64,000 bases of DNA from a virus. Taxonomy: Duplodnaviria > Caudoviricetes. Below the pieces are notes generated by a model. That model did no database searches. It saw only the letters and a program-made list of their open reading frames with translations, and had not been told where the DNA came from. Positions 63,832 to 64,000 of this stretch are shown one piece after another (within the stretch, counting starts at the first letter, position 1; every line of letters begins with the position of its first letter). The DNA lies in the IMG/VR virus record IMGVR_UViG_3300047471_000325, positions 1,927-65,926 of that record; one strand, given 5' to 3'. The position numbers and the translations under genes were made by a program.

Positions 63832-64000
63832 GGCGAGTTGATCGGCACAGACCAAGTAGATATTTGAACGTGTTGTCCAGCGCCTACACGCCTCAACATC
63901 GTCCTCTTTAAGGGCATACTCATCACAGTCAGCGGTCTTCTCTTGCCATTTAGCTATCAGCGCCGTCAGGTTGACGCGGAGCGCCGTCAGCTCCTGAAAA
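63547..64000 (-). CDS. Hypothetical protein containing repeats A and B (start uncertain, may lie beyond the window)
   Basis: 'AALLQAAAPPAPTAEP...AAPPERVSEGKEP'. Confidence 0.5.
   Translation of the reverse strand, partial: FQELTALRVNLTALIAKWQEKTADCDEYALKEDDVEACRRWTTRSNIYLVCADQLAALLQAAAPPAPTAEPDEHRRLKYSQMDLDAQTKPLHVEIERLKVEHTRAILHYTVKGYTAGENTDAKHWRLRAEEAESKLAAAPPERVSEGKEP

Noticed and set aside
1-64000. Stop-codon reassignment
   Set aside because: Standard code gives full-length, tightly coupled genes ending in TAA, TAG and TGA.
1-64000. Integrated prophage or lysogeny module
   Set aside because: No integrase, att site or host flank is recognisable; lifestyle cannot be determined from this window.

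Overview
The window is a large part of a GC-rich, long-tailed (siphovirus-like) dsDNA phage genome. No integrase, tRNA, rRNA or CRISPR array is visible. The + strand (about 1.4-46.7 kb) carries an HNH, a primase/helicase, terminases, portal, head genes, neck and tail genes (with a -1 frameshifted tail chaperone and a tape measure) and an unusual membrane/lysis region. The - strand (about 46.8-64 kb and 1-1.2 kb) carries early and replication genes: SSB-like, SNF2 helicase, DEDDh exonuclease, nucleoside deoxyribosyltransferase-like, beta clamp, VRR-NUC and a family A polymerase. Highlights: (1) the family A polymerase is fused in one ORF to an N-terminal TAGT/GREB1-like glycosyltransferase and has a degenerate proofreading domain; (2) six glycosyltransferases and four methyltransferases, including a sugar C-methyltransferase, are interleaved with head and neck genes, suggesting virion glycosylation; (3) four conserved anchors recur in the same order at about 47 kb and 63.5 kb around unrelated small genes; (4) a promoter-driven three-way-junction RNA displays the complement of an extended ribosome-binding motif found at many phage genes. 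All family assignments come from recognising motifs by eye, not from database searches.
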